Source: Sedimentisphaerales bacterium (lineage in GTDB: Bacteria; Planctomycetota; Phycisphaerae; Sedimentisphaerales; Anaerobacaceae). Taken from it: DNA of 64,000 nt. Shown one piece after another: positions 50,967 through 59,565 of this stretch. The DNA lies in assembly GCA_963708075.1 (NCBI GenBank), contig OY970194.1, positions 3,360,001 through 3,424,000 of the forward strand. Direction: 5' to 3'. The number at the start of each line of letters is the position of its first letter. The first letter of the stretch is position 1. Below the pieces are notes generated by a model, which ran no database searches, was not told the origin of the DNA, and saw only the letters and a program-made list of their open reading frames with translations. Made by a program: the position numbers and the translations under genes.

Positions 50967-53468
50967 ATGTCGCACTCGCATGAAAGTCACGATCATCAGC
51001 AGATGCATCTGCACAACGAGCACCCATGCTGTATGCGGGGGAAGACGGTGGGGCAAGCCGCACCCTGGATGCAGCGGCTCAGGCACAGTTGGCTGTGCTG
51101 GCTGCTGCCGGTGGCAGGACTGCTGTCGCTCGCGTGGTTTCTGATTCGCGTGATTCCCAAGCCGTCACGGGCGCTGTACCCGTGCCAGCGCGTGGCCATG
51201 CCGCTGGCGTCGGGCTTTGTCGCCTGGTTGATCGGAGTGGCCGGCTCCATAGTCGCGTTTCGCAAGGCCAAGGGACTGCTGCGGCAATCGCGGCTGCCGC
51301 TGGCCATCGCATGCATCGCGGCGGGAGTTGTCTTTGGCGTAATCGCCGTCAGCAACATGCCGGAAAGCCGATTGACGGCCGCCCAACAACAGGGACATCT
51401 CGCCCTCGGCCAGGCCAAGGGGATTCATCCCGGCCGAGTTGTCTGGGTGCACGATCCCGAGGCCACCAACTGGGCGGGGCCGGGCGATGGACACCTTTGG
51501 CAGAACGAGCACACGAATCAGGCGGCGTGTGACGCGATGATCTCCAAGGCCCTTCGCTCGCTGACGGGCGAGGCGACGGATGCCAAAGCCTGGGATGTCC
51601 TGTTCCGATATCACAACAATGGCCGCGGCAAGGGCGACGTCGCTTACAAGCCGGGCGAGAAAATCACGATCAAAGTGAACTTCGTAGGCTTCATCCGCAC
51701 CCTCGATTCCGTCAATCATGAGACGTACGCCCTGCAGAAGTGGCAGGACTATATGAATACCTCACCGCAGTTGATCGCCGCCCTGCTCAAGCAGCTCACA
51801 CAGACCGCGGGCGTCAGGCAATCGGACATCGCCATCGGTGATAGCCTGTGCTATTTCGCCGAAGAATATTACGACATGCTGCACAAGCAGTTCCCTGATG
51901 TGACATACCTGGACTGCCAGGGCACCTCCGGCCGGACAAAGATGGACCTCTCGACCGTCCCCTTCTACTGGAGCAACCGACCCAAGGACGTTCAACAGGA
52001 CTACGTGCCCAAGGCGTACACCGAGGCTGAGTACTTGATCAACCTCGCCAACCTCAAGGCTCACACGGGGGCAGGCGTGACCCTCTGCGCCAAGAATCAC
52101 TTTGGCTCGTTCTTTCGAGCGCCGCCTGATAAGGGCTACTATGACATGCACAAGAGCAGCTTCAGCAAGGGGAGCAAGGAGTACAGGGATCTTGTGGACA
52201 TGACCGGCCACTCCCACATCGGCGGCAAGACCGTGCTGTACCTGCTCGACGGGCTCTACGGCGGCATTCACTACGCGGAGCGAGTGCCGAGAAAGTTCCA
52301 GTCGGCGCCGTTCAATGGCGACTGGACATCCAGCCTGTTCGCCTCACAGGACCCGGTGGCCATTGACTCCGTCGGCCTCGATTTCCTGCAGGCGGAGCCG
52401 GCCGCCCAGAAGTATTCCTGCATGCCCGGCACAGAGGATTACCTGCACGAGGCGGCGCTCGCGAACGATCCACCCTCCGGCACGTACTACGATCCCGACC
52501 ATGCCACGAATACCGTGCGGCTGGCCAGCCTCGGGGTCCATGAGCACTGGAACAATCCGAGCGACAAGCAGTACTCTCGCAACCTCGGAAAGAATGAAGG
52601 GATCGAACTCATGAAAGCGTCATCGGATGCAACCAAGCCGTCGTCTGTCGTCGCGCCGGGTGAGAAAGTCAGATTGCTCGCCGGCGGCTTCAAGTTCACC
52701 GAAGGCCCGGCCGCAGATGCGGAAGGCAACGTGTTCTTCACCGATCAGCCGAATGACCGGATCTGCAAGTGGTCCGTGGACGGCAAGCTGACGGACTTCA
52801 TGAAACCCTGCGGCCGGTCGAATGGCATGTTCTTCGACAAGGAAGGCAATCTCTGGGCCTGCGCGGATATGAATAACGAGCTGTGGAAGATCGATCCACA
52901 GGGCAAGGTCACGGTCGTTGTCAAGGACTACAACGGAAAGAAGCTCAACGGCCCCAACGACCTCTGGATCGCTCCGAATGGAGCCATCTACTTCACCGAT
53001 CCACTCTACAAGAGAGACTACTGGACCCGCGACCCTGCGATGCAGCAGGATGGCCAGCACGTCTATTACCTGAGTCCCGACCACAAAACCCTCACGCGCG
53101 TCGCCACCGACCTGACCCAGCCCAACGGCATCATCGGCACCCCCGACGGCAAGCTCCTGTACGTGGCCGACATCGGCGCCAGGAAGACGTATCGCTATAC
53201 GATCAACACCGATGGAACACTCGCCGATAAGACGCTGTTCTGCTCGATGGGCTCCGACGGCATGACGATCGACAACGAGGGCAACGTCTATCTGACCGGC
53301 AAAGGCGTCACCGTCTTCAATCCTGAGGGCCAGCAAATCGACCAGATTCCGATCAACAAAGGCTGGACGGCCAACGTCACCTTCGGCGGCAAGGACCGCG
53401 ACGAGCTCTTCATCACCGCCAGCGACGCCATCTTCGCAGCGAAGATGCGAGTCCGGGGCGTATATTGA
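50967..53468 (+). CDS. Membrane-anchored DUF362 domain fused to an SMP-30/gluconolactonase domain
   Basis: GGAGG RBS, His-rich N-terminus, 'PKPSRALYPCQR' TM region, 'ITIKVN', 'LKAHTGAGVTLCAKNHFG', 'DPVAID', then 'FTEGP', 'NGPNDL', 'PNGI', 'SDGMT'. Confidence 0.8.
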   Translation: MSHSHESHDHQQMHLHNEHPCCMRGKTVGQAAPWMQRLRHSWLCWLLPVAGLLSLAWFLIRVIPKPSRALYPCQRVAMPLASGFVAWLIGVAGSIVAFRKAKGLLRQSRLPLAIACIAAGVVFGVIAVSNMPESRLTAAQQQGHLALGQAKGIHPGRVVWVHDPEATNWAGPGDGHLWQNEHTNQAACDAMISKALRSLTGEATDAKAWDVLFRYHNNGRGKGDVAYKPGEKITIKVNFVGFIRTLDSVNHETYALQKWQDYMNTSPQLIAALLKQLTQTAGVRQSDIAIGDSLCYFAEEYYDMLHKQFPDVTYLDCQGTSGRTKMDLSTVPFYWSNRPKDVQQDYVPKAYTEAEYLINLANLKAHTGAGVTLCAKNHFGSFFRAPPDKGYYDMHKSSFSKGSKEYRDLVDMTGHSHIGGKTVLYLLDGLYGGIHYAERVPRKFQSAPFNGDWTSSLFASQDPVAIDSVGLDFLQAEPAAQKYSCMPGTEDYLHEAALANDPPSGTYYDPDHATNTVRLASLGVHEHWNNPSDKQYSRNLGKNEGIELMKASSDATKPSSVVAPGEKVRLLAGGFKFTEGPAADAEGNVFFTDQPNDRICKWSVDGKLTDFMKPCGRSNGMFFDKEGNLWACADMNNELWKIDPQGKVTVVVKDYNGKKLNGPNDLWIAPNGAIYFTDPLYKRDYWTRDPAMQQDGQHVYYLSPDHKTLTRVATDLTQPNGIIGTPDGKLLYVADIGARKTYRYTINTDGTLADKTLFCSMGSDGMTIDNEGNVYLTGKGVTVFNPEGQQIDQIPINKGWTANVTFGGKDRDELFITASDAIFAAKMRVRGVY

Positions 53469-53472
53469 GACA

Positions 53473-53533
53473 GTAACATGGGCATCTTGCCCATGAATCC
53501 TCGGGTGGCATCGTCAGGCGCAGCTTGGCGATG
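53473..53533. repeat. Palindrome CATGGGCA-N3-TGCCCATG followed by a CGGGTGGCA repeat-family copy
   Basis: 53502-53533 CGGGTGGCATCGTCAGGCGCAGCTTGGCGATG differs at 2 of 32 positions from the reverse complement of 47529-47560. Confidence 0.7.
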
Positions 53534-53571
53534 ACCTCGTCTGAATGCGGTAGGAGTAAAGGGGCTGTCAC

Positions 53572-54585
53572 ATGACGACACGACGTATGTTCACCGCATT
53601 CATCGCGCTGCAGGCGGCCGTTGTATCTGCCGGTGCGCCTCTTGAGGTCAAGCTGCTCGATGTGAAGAAGATCTGGGACGCAGCGCCGCACAATGCTTTC
53701 ACCGACCTCGTTCGCTGGAACGAGCAGTTCTACTGCGCCTTCCGCGAGGGCCGAGGCCACGTCTCCGCCGACGGCCGAATCCGCGTCCTGTCTTCGCAGG
53801 ATGCCGGCTCGTGGACTTCGACGGGCCTGATCGAGCTCGCCGGCTACGACTTGCGGGATGCGCATCTGTCAGTGACGCCCGACAACCGGTTGATGCTCCT
53901 CGGCGGTGCCTCCCCGCGCGAGAAGGACGGCCAGAGCGCCCCTACCGGCTCATTCGTGGCGTTCTCCAGAGATGGCAAGGAGTGGACCAAGCCGCAGATT
54001 GTCTCCGAGCCGGGACGATGGCTGTGGTGCGTGACCTGGCACAAGGGCAAAGCCTACGGCGTCTCCTACTCCGCCGGGAAAGGCTCGCCCAGTCTTGAAC
54101 TACTCACGAGCGATGACGGCGTAACCTATCACTCGCTGGTCCCCAAGCTCTACAGCGAGGGCCGGCCGGGCGAAGTGACGCTACGTTTCGACGCCTCGGA
54201 CACCTGCTACGCCCTCGTCCGCCGGGACAAGCTCGGCGACCAGCCGTACAGCGCCATCCTCGGCGTTAGTCATGGCGACTACACACAATGGCAATGGCAC
54301 GACCTCGGCCCCGAATTCAACGGCTTCGGCGGTCCGAACCTGATCCAACTCCCGAGCGGCCACTGGCTCGCCGCCGGCCGCATGCACCAGGACGGCGCCC
54401 ACACCGCCCTGTGCTATCTCGACGTGACCAACCACACGATGACCAAGCTCCTGAAATTCCCCAGCGGCGGCGACACGAGTTACCCGGGCTTAGTCTGGCA
54501 CAACGACCTGCTCTACATGAGCTACTACTCCACCCACGAAGGCAAAACCAGCATCTACCTGGCGAAAATCAAAATCATCAGGTAG
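53572..54585 (+). CDS. Secreted BNR/sialidase-like beta-propeller protein
   Basis: Signal peptide, 'HNAFTDL', Asp-boxes 'SQDAGSW', 'SRDGKEW', 'SDDGVTY', 'GDTSYPG', 'SYYSTHEG'. Confidence 0.75.
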   Translation: MTTRRMFTAFIALQAAVVSAGAPLEVKLLDVKKIWDAAPHNAFTDLVRWNEQFYCAFREGRGHVSADGRIRVLSSQDAGSWTSTGLIELAGYDLRDAHLSVTPDNRLMLLGGASPREKDGQSAPTGSFVAFSRDGKEWTKPQIVSEPGRWLWCVTWHKGKAYGVSYSAGKGSPSLELLTSDDGVTYHSLVPKLYSEGRPGEVTLRFDASDTCYALVRRDKLGDQPYSAILGVSHGDYTQWQWHDLGPEFNGFGGPNLIQLPSGHWLAAGRMHQDGAHTALCYLDVTNHTMTKLLKFPSGGDTSYPGLVWHNDLLYMSYYSTHEGKTSIYLAKIKIIR

Positions 54586-54639
54586 GCTGGCCTCCTCACT
54601 GATTCAACGCATCAGAATCGAGAGGGCCGACGTTGAAGC

Positions 54640-54969
54640 TCAGCGACGGCTCTTCGCCTTTCGATGCGGTGATCTACCGGACGCTCTCTTGCCAGACAAA
54701 CCCCTTTTCGCTTCGTTGAATGCCGCCTCTTCCAGTTGTATCCGCTCCCGAAGGATATGTGTTACCCATTCGTCAAGACCAGATGACCTGTGCAACCGAG
54801 CCAGAAAAGCTGCTCGCGCCGCAAGGTCTGAAGGAATGGCCAATGAAGACATCTTTGGTTTTTTCACATGGACGGCCTTTCCCCAAGCGGAACGGCTGTC
54901 TGCTTGAGCTGTCACAACCTTGTCAATTTCTTCTTCTGTCAAATGTTTCACTGGGTTTTTTGCCGTCAT
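54640..54969 (-). CDS. Putative antitoxin (CopG/RHH-like C-terminus)
   Basis: ATG overlaps the toxin TGA (ATGA at 54966-54969). 'SLAIPSDLAARAAFLAR...DEWVTHILRERI' has an RHH-like pattern. Confidence 0.55.
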   Translation of the reverse strand: MTAKNPVKHLTEEEIDKVVTAQADSRSAWGKAVHVKKPKMSSLAIPSDLAARAAFLARLHRSSGLDEWVTHILRERIQLEEAAFNEAKRGLSGKRASGRSPHRKAKSRR

Positions 54970-55217
54970 GTTGGCCATCCTGTAATGATTCGAACGACAT
55001 TATGTGGTTTCAGTTGGAAAATGATCTTCAGCCGTCTGCCACCCGTGCTCATACCGATCAGTTGGTACCGATCTTTGAATCTCTTGTTCCGGCGGACTTC
55101 ATACTCGGAGAAGAAGCACTCGACTGCTTCCTCGAAAGCAACGCCATGATCGGCAAGCTCGTCGCGCTCAAAATCATACTCGAAGTTGGACGGTTGGAAA
55201 GAATGCCAATTTACCAA
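54966..55217 (-). CDS. BrnT-like type II toxin
   Basis: 83 aa, 'HGVAFEEAVECF', 'RYQLIG.STGGRRLKIIF', 'VRIITG'. GAGGGAG RBS upstream of TTG. Confidence 0.7.
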   Translation of the reverse strand: MVNWHSFQPSNFEYDFERDELADHGVAFEEAVECFFSEYEVRRNKRFKDRYQLIGMSTGGRRLKIIFQLKPHNVVRIITGWPT

Positions 55218-55477
55218 GGTACTCCCTCATCTTCTCGAAGACAGACACGCGTTTCGCACCCTGCGCAGTGGCCGACTATGCTCGTTTCGATGTAGACCCT
55301 GGATTTCATATCTCCCAGCATATCGCAAGCGAGTCGACCTCGTCAAGCAGCGTCTTGCTCCCGCACTCGCCTCAGTATTGACGACGTTCTCTCGCTTGGA
55401 GCAGCCGGCCAACTACGCCAGCAGAATTCCGACCAACAAGAACGCGGTGGATAAGGTGCGCTTCACAATGCACCAGA

Positions 55478-56788
55478 CTATCTCTTCCCTTTTCGGGAAT
55501 TGCAGGAACGGCACATCAAGGCTGCGTTTGACAACGTTGATCTGCCTCCGAGCGCATACGGCTTGATGTGATCAATCGTGAAATTGGACCAGGACAGTGG
55601 TTTTCGGCACTCAGGGCAACGCTTCCGCTCGTCAGAGTGCCACAAGAGCCTGCGTTGTTCGATGGTGAACCCTCGCTGCCGGTCCTTCTTCTCATTTTCA
55701 AATAAGCTACCAAATACCCTCCTGACTATCTCGGACCGCCGTTGTCTTGTAGCAAGGCTGTCTGTGTCACCCTGAACAGTAAGAAGATAGTCGGCAAATA
55801 GTCGTTGGTCCGGACTTGCTCCCTCGGCTTTGCGCTGCTGTTGTCGGACAACGCCCACACCATTCGACAACCACACCAGCAGTCTCTGAGCCTGCCTGTT
55901 TCTCCTCATATCTGTTAAGATGCACCCCTGTCGGTCTATGTCCCAGAGGAACATGAAGAGGGAGTAGAAGTCGGCTGAGTTTGCAAAGCGTGTGGTCCGA
56001 ATATCAGGAAATGTCTTTTTCATGAGGTTGAGTATTCGGATTGTCTCCTGAACGACCCTTCGAAGCGTACGGAGATCGGTTGCCTGCCCCCCAAGGATGC
56101 CGTCGAGTGCTTTCTTCTTGTTGATCAATCCTTTGGCTTGGATTGACGCCATGAGTTCGCAGACCAACTCGACATGCTTCATCCTGCTGATCTGCCCAGC
56201 CGAAAGAACCCGGTTCTCTAGGAAGAAGTGTCGCCGCCTCTCGGCAAGGCGTGCGGCCTGTTTCAGAAAATCACTGCGGAAAAACCGAGCGTGGCGTTTC
56301 TCAGCCCCGGTGAGCCGCTTTCCGGTCGAGTTGATGCGGACAAAAAGATCAATGATGTCCGCCAGATCTCCAGTGATCTCCACGGTCTGGAACTTGTAAC
56401 CCATCAGTCGGTGCTCATGACCACGCTTCTGTATTCGCTTCCAGTCCCATTCCTCGACTGCGTCATCAGGTCCGAACCGTAGCTTGACCCCAAAACGCGA
56501 TCCACGAAAGCGACCCGCTCCCTGGAACATAAGGACGGTTTCCAGCCGCTGCTTCCCGTCGATCACGTCATACCGTAGTCTCCCGTTCTCGTTCTGCCGG
56601 TAGAGAAACACTGACGGAATGGGGTAGTTCTGCAAGAGAGACTCAATCAGTCTCTTTCTGTCTGAGAGCGTCCATACAGAATCACGTTGGAATCCCGGCT
56701 CAAGGTTCAACTGGCTGTTGTTGAAGAGGAGCACGAACTCCTGGATCGTCTTGTCGCCATAATCGAAATCGAGCGAATGTGTGGGCAT
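55478..56788 (-). CDS. DUF262 (ParB-like NTPase) plus C-terminal Zn-HNH endonuclease; GmrSD-related putative restriction protein
   Basis: 'PGFQRDSVW', 'LIESLLQNYPIP', 'VIDGKQRL', 'LFVRINSTG', then 'CPEC...IDHIKPYALGG.S..SN...MCRSCNSRKG'. Confidence 0.85.
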   Translation of the reverse strand: MPTHSLDFDYGDKTIQEFVLLFNNSQLNLEPGFQRDSVWTLSDRKRLIESLLQNYPIPSVFLYRQNENGRLRYDVIDGKQRLETVLMFQGAGRFRGSRFGVKLRFGPDDAVEEWDWKRIQKRGHEHRLMGYKFQTVEITGDLADIIDLFVRINSTGKRLTGAEKRHARFFRSDFLKQAARLAERRRHFFLENRVLSAGQISRMKHVELVCELMASIQAKGLINKKKALDGILGGQATDLRTLRRVVQETIRILNLMKKTFPDIRTTRFANSADFYSLFMFLWDIDRQGCILTDMRRNRQAQRLLVWLSNGVGVVRQQQRKAEGASPDQRLFADYLLTVQGDTDSLATRQRRSEIVRRVFGSLFENEKKDRQRGFTIEQRRLLWHSDERKRCPECRKPLSWSNFTIDHIKPYALGGRSTLSNAALMCRSCNSRKGKR

Positions 56789-56814
56789 TTTGCCGCCTCG
56801 TTCTTTCTATCCTC

Positions 56815-59064
56815 TTACCACACGTTCAGAACGAGTTTCCCCTGGCCCGGGTTCTCGAACGGGCCGGGGGTTGGATTCTTCCTGGATCTCTTCTTGCCGA
56901 AGTAGTCGGTGTCGATCTTCAAGGGCGAGCTATCGGGCTGTTCGTAGGGCAGATCCGGGATCTTCGCTTTCCCAAGCAGTTCGGTCGTGACGAGCTGACG
57001 CGGCGGCTTGCTGAGCCACGCCTTGTCGAGTGTGATATGGAGGTAGACGCCGTCCTTCTCTTCGACCAGTTTGATCGCGGGGTCGAACTCCGGCAGCACA
57101 GTCGGGGCCTGCTCATGCTTGCAGGACGCGGCGCCCTTGAGAAAGACATTGCCGGCCATCTGCATCGGCCGCACTGCCTTGTCGTAGCCAGCCAAACCGG
57201 CCGACTGGATCAGGAGATTGTTGAAGTACCGGTCGTCGCCGCCCTCGATTTTCTGCAGGCCCGCTACCTCCGTGCTGTGGGCTTTGTGGAACGGGGTCTC
57301 GCGCGACAACTCGGGGTGAGGGTCGATGGGACCGGCAAACAAGTTGTGCACGTACGCTCCGCCTTCGGACATGTCCAATATCGCACGACCCGAAAGGAAG
57401 AGATTGTTGTCGACCATGAATGGGCCGTGATCGACCTCCACAAAAAGCCCGGTGCCGTTGTCGTGCAGAAGGTTGCGGGTCACGCGCGTGCCCTGCGCCA
57501 TCCAGTCCAGCCAGATCGCCAGGCACGTGCGGTAGATGTGGTTGTGGCTGATCTCGGTGTCGATCGCGCCGTGAATTTTGATGCCGGCCATCTCGGCGCC
57601 CGAGAACAGTTGCCGGACGTGGATGTCGTGGATGACGTTGCCGGTGATCGTGCAGAACACCGCGCCCATGCTCCCAACGACGCCCGCCTGCTCGCAGTGC
57701 GAGATATGATTGTTCCGCACGATGTGGTGGCCGACATTCTCCTTCGACCAGCCGTTCTTCAGGGCACGATTGATCGTATCGACATAGCCCTCGGCTGTGT
57801 TCTGTGACTTGTTATCCCATTGATCGCCGTACTTGCCGAGCGTGACCCCGACGCACGTCGAATAGTGGATCTCGTTGTCCTCGATGATCCACCCCTTGCT
57901 CCAGTGGGTACCGATCAAGCCGATCTGCTCGGCCGTGGGCGGTGCCCAGGGCGTGGCCGCGTGCACCATCGTGAAGCCTCGCACGGTGATGAAATTGATG
58001 CCCGGCTTGTCCGGGTAGAACACCGCCCGGCGGGCATTGATTTCGACCTCGGTCTCGTTGGGATTGACGCCCTTAAACTGCGCCCAGATCGTAGTGTTCG
58101 TCTCGTCCACCTGGGCAAACCATAATTGGGCATCCGACGGACCCGACTGAGGCCCCTTGAACACCAGGCAGAGCGTCTTGACCCCGCTCATGGGCTTGAT
58201 CTTGACGTTGAACGAAGACCACGTTTGCCAGCTCCCTGTGTTCGGGACCGAGCAAGAGCCTATGAGTTCTCCGTCCGGCGTATCCAGACGAATCTCGATG
58301 ATCCCGCCGGTGCTTTCAGACGCAGCGCGAATCTCGATCTGCCCGGTGCGCTGGCCGAAATCGATCCGCTCATATCGAGCCCAATCGCCATGCTCAATCC
58401 AGCCGATACACTCCCCACCCTCCGAGCAAGGCGCCGTTTGAACGCCCTGCTGAGTCGCAAAGCCCGCCGCCGGAACCCGCCCGGCGTTCCCCGAACCCTT
58501 GCCGGGCCGCAGCCAGGCCACATTCAGCAGATATTGTCCATCCCCCGGGGCATACCCCGATGCTTCCCCAATGGGTTTCAGCACATCCTCCAGCTTGGCC
58601 GCTTCGGTGAGCCAGTGGCCGTTCAGATACACCGCCCCCGTGTGGTGATCCCGTCCCTTGGGACTGAACCAGTCGCCGCGAATCAAGTCGCTGTAGGGAT
58701 TGAAGCCCCCGAAGAAGGTGTTGGGGATGGTGACTTTCCAAGTGTCGTTCTGCACCTTCTGCCAGCCCTTGATGACTTCGGAGCCCTTGATAGCGACCTT
58801 CTCACCACGGGCCGCCCGGTAGATGATGCGTTTCTGATCCGACTCGCCCCCGCGGGGCGGGGTGACTCGTTCGCGATACGTCCCGGCATGCACCGTGATC
58901 GTGTCGCCGGGCTGCGCCTTCTCAGCCGCCGCCGAGATCGTCTTCAACGGCTTGGACGCCGACCCAGCATTCGTATCGCGCCCGTCCACTGAAACATGGT
59001 ACTCCCTGGCAGAAACCGACCGGGCCAGCAACGCCACCAACACGATCAGAGCTACATTCCTCAT
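56815..59064 (-). CDS. Secreted GH120-like beta-helix glycosidase (beta-xylosidase-like) with inserted CBM6-like module
   Basis: 'TISAAAEKAQPGDTITVHAGTYRE', 'WAPPTAEQIG', 'IWLDWMAQGTRV', 'LFVEVDHGP'. Insert 'IGWIEHGDWARY..IDFG...IEIRLD.PDG.LIG...VPNTGSWQTW'. Confidence 0.8.
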   Translation of the reverse strand: MRNVALIVLVALLARSVSAREYHVSVDGRDTNAGSASKPLKTISAAAEKAQPGDTITVHAGTYRERVTPPRGGESDQKRIIYRAARGEKVAIKGSEVIKGWQKVQNDTWKVTIPNTFFGGFNPYSDLIRGDWFSPKGRDHHTGAVYLNGHWLTEAAKLEDVLKPIGEASGYAPGDGQYLLNVAWLRPGKGSGNAGRVPAAGFATQQGVQTAPCSEGGECIGWIEHGDWARYERIDFGQRTGQIEIRAASESTGGIIEIRLDTPDGELIGSCSVPNTGSWQTWSSFNVKIKPMSGVKTLCLVFKGPQSGPSDAQLWFAQVDETNTTIWAQFKGVNPNETEVEINARRAVFYPDKPGINFITVRGFTMVHAATPWAPPTAEQIGLIGTHWSKGWIIEDNEIHYSTCVGVTLGKYGDQWDNKSQNTAEGYVDTINRALKNGWSKENVGHHIVRNNHISHCEQAGVVGSMGAVFCTITGNVIHDIHVRQLFSGAEMAGIKIHGAIDTEISHNHIYRTCLAIWLDWMAQGTRVTRNLLHDNGTGLFVEVDHGPFMVDNNLFLSGRAILDMSEGGAYVHNLFAGPIDPHPELSRETPFHKAHSTEVAGLQKIEGGDDRYFNNLLIQSAGLAGYDKAVRPMQMAGNVFLKGAASCKHEQAPTVLPEFDPAIKLVEEKDGVYLHITLDKAWLSKPPRQLVTTELLGKAKIPDLPYEQPDSSPLKIDTDYFGKKRSRKNPTPGPFENPGQGKLVLNVW

Positions 59065-59285
59065 CTTCGTATTCCTTTCCTGCACTTGCCGAGCTTTTGG
59101 TTCTCCAGCACTCACGTCACGAGCATAGCCCGGCCAGTGACGCAGGTAAAGCGAGCAGATGGAAAAATCCATGTCCAGGGATGCCATGTCTACTTATCTA
59201 TCGTCCTGGCGTGCGGCATCTCATCAGATGGCTGGGCGTTCCGCGCCTCCGGGCGGCGCAAGGTGAATGCAAACCCCGGGTCCGG

Positions 59286-59534
59286 GACATGTCGTGTGCG
59301 ACTACATTTCGTGAGCGAACAGCCCTTGTTTGTCATGCTGAGCGAAGCGAAGCATCTGGCCCACGAATGGAACTGATGCTTGTTCCCATGCTCAGCTCAG
59401 ATCCTTCGCTGCCGCTCAGGATGACAGGATGGATGCTCGCCTCCCCACCAGGATTAGCCGCACCCGACATGTCGCATCTGCACAGATTCTTGAGCATCGT
59501 GCCGGGTGGCAGCGGCAGGCTCCGCTTGCCGCTG
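59286..59534. repeat. Nested palindromic repeats: GTCAT-CTGAGCGAAGCGAAG-type element inside an outer inverted repeat, plus a CGGGTGGCAGCG copy
   Basis: Inner TGTCATGCTGAGCGAAGCGAAGCATCT..AGATCCTTCGCTGCCGCTCAGGATGACA (59331-59426). Outer GACATGTCGTGTGCGACTA / TAGCCGCACCCGACATGTC (17/19). Third repeat at 59503-59534. Confidence 0.7.
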
Positions 59535-59565
59535 CGCCTCGGCGAAAGGTCAATCGCAGCAGAGA

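Noticed and set aside
54586..56815. Integron cassette array or IS-bounded island around the defence genes
   Set aside because: No convincing attC sites, integrase, transposase or target-site duplication could be seen.
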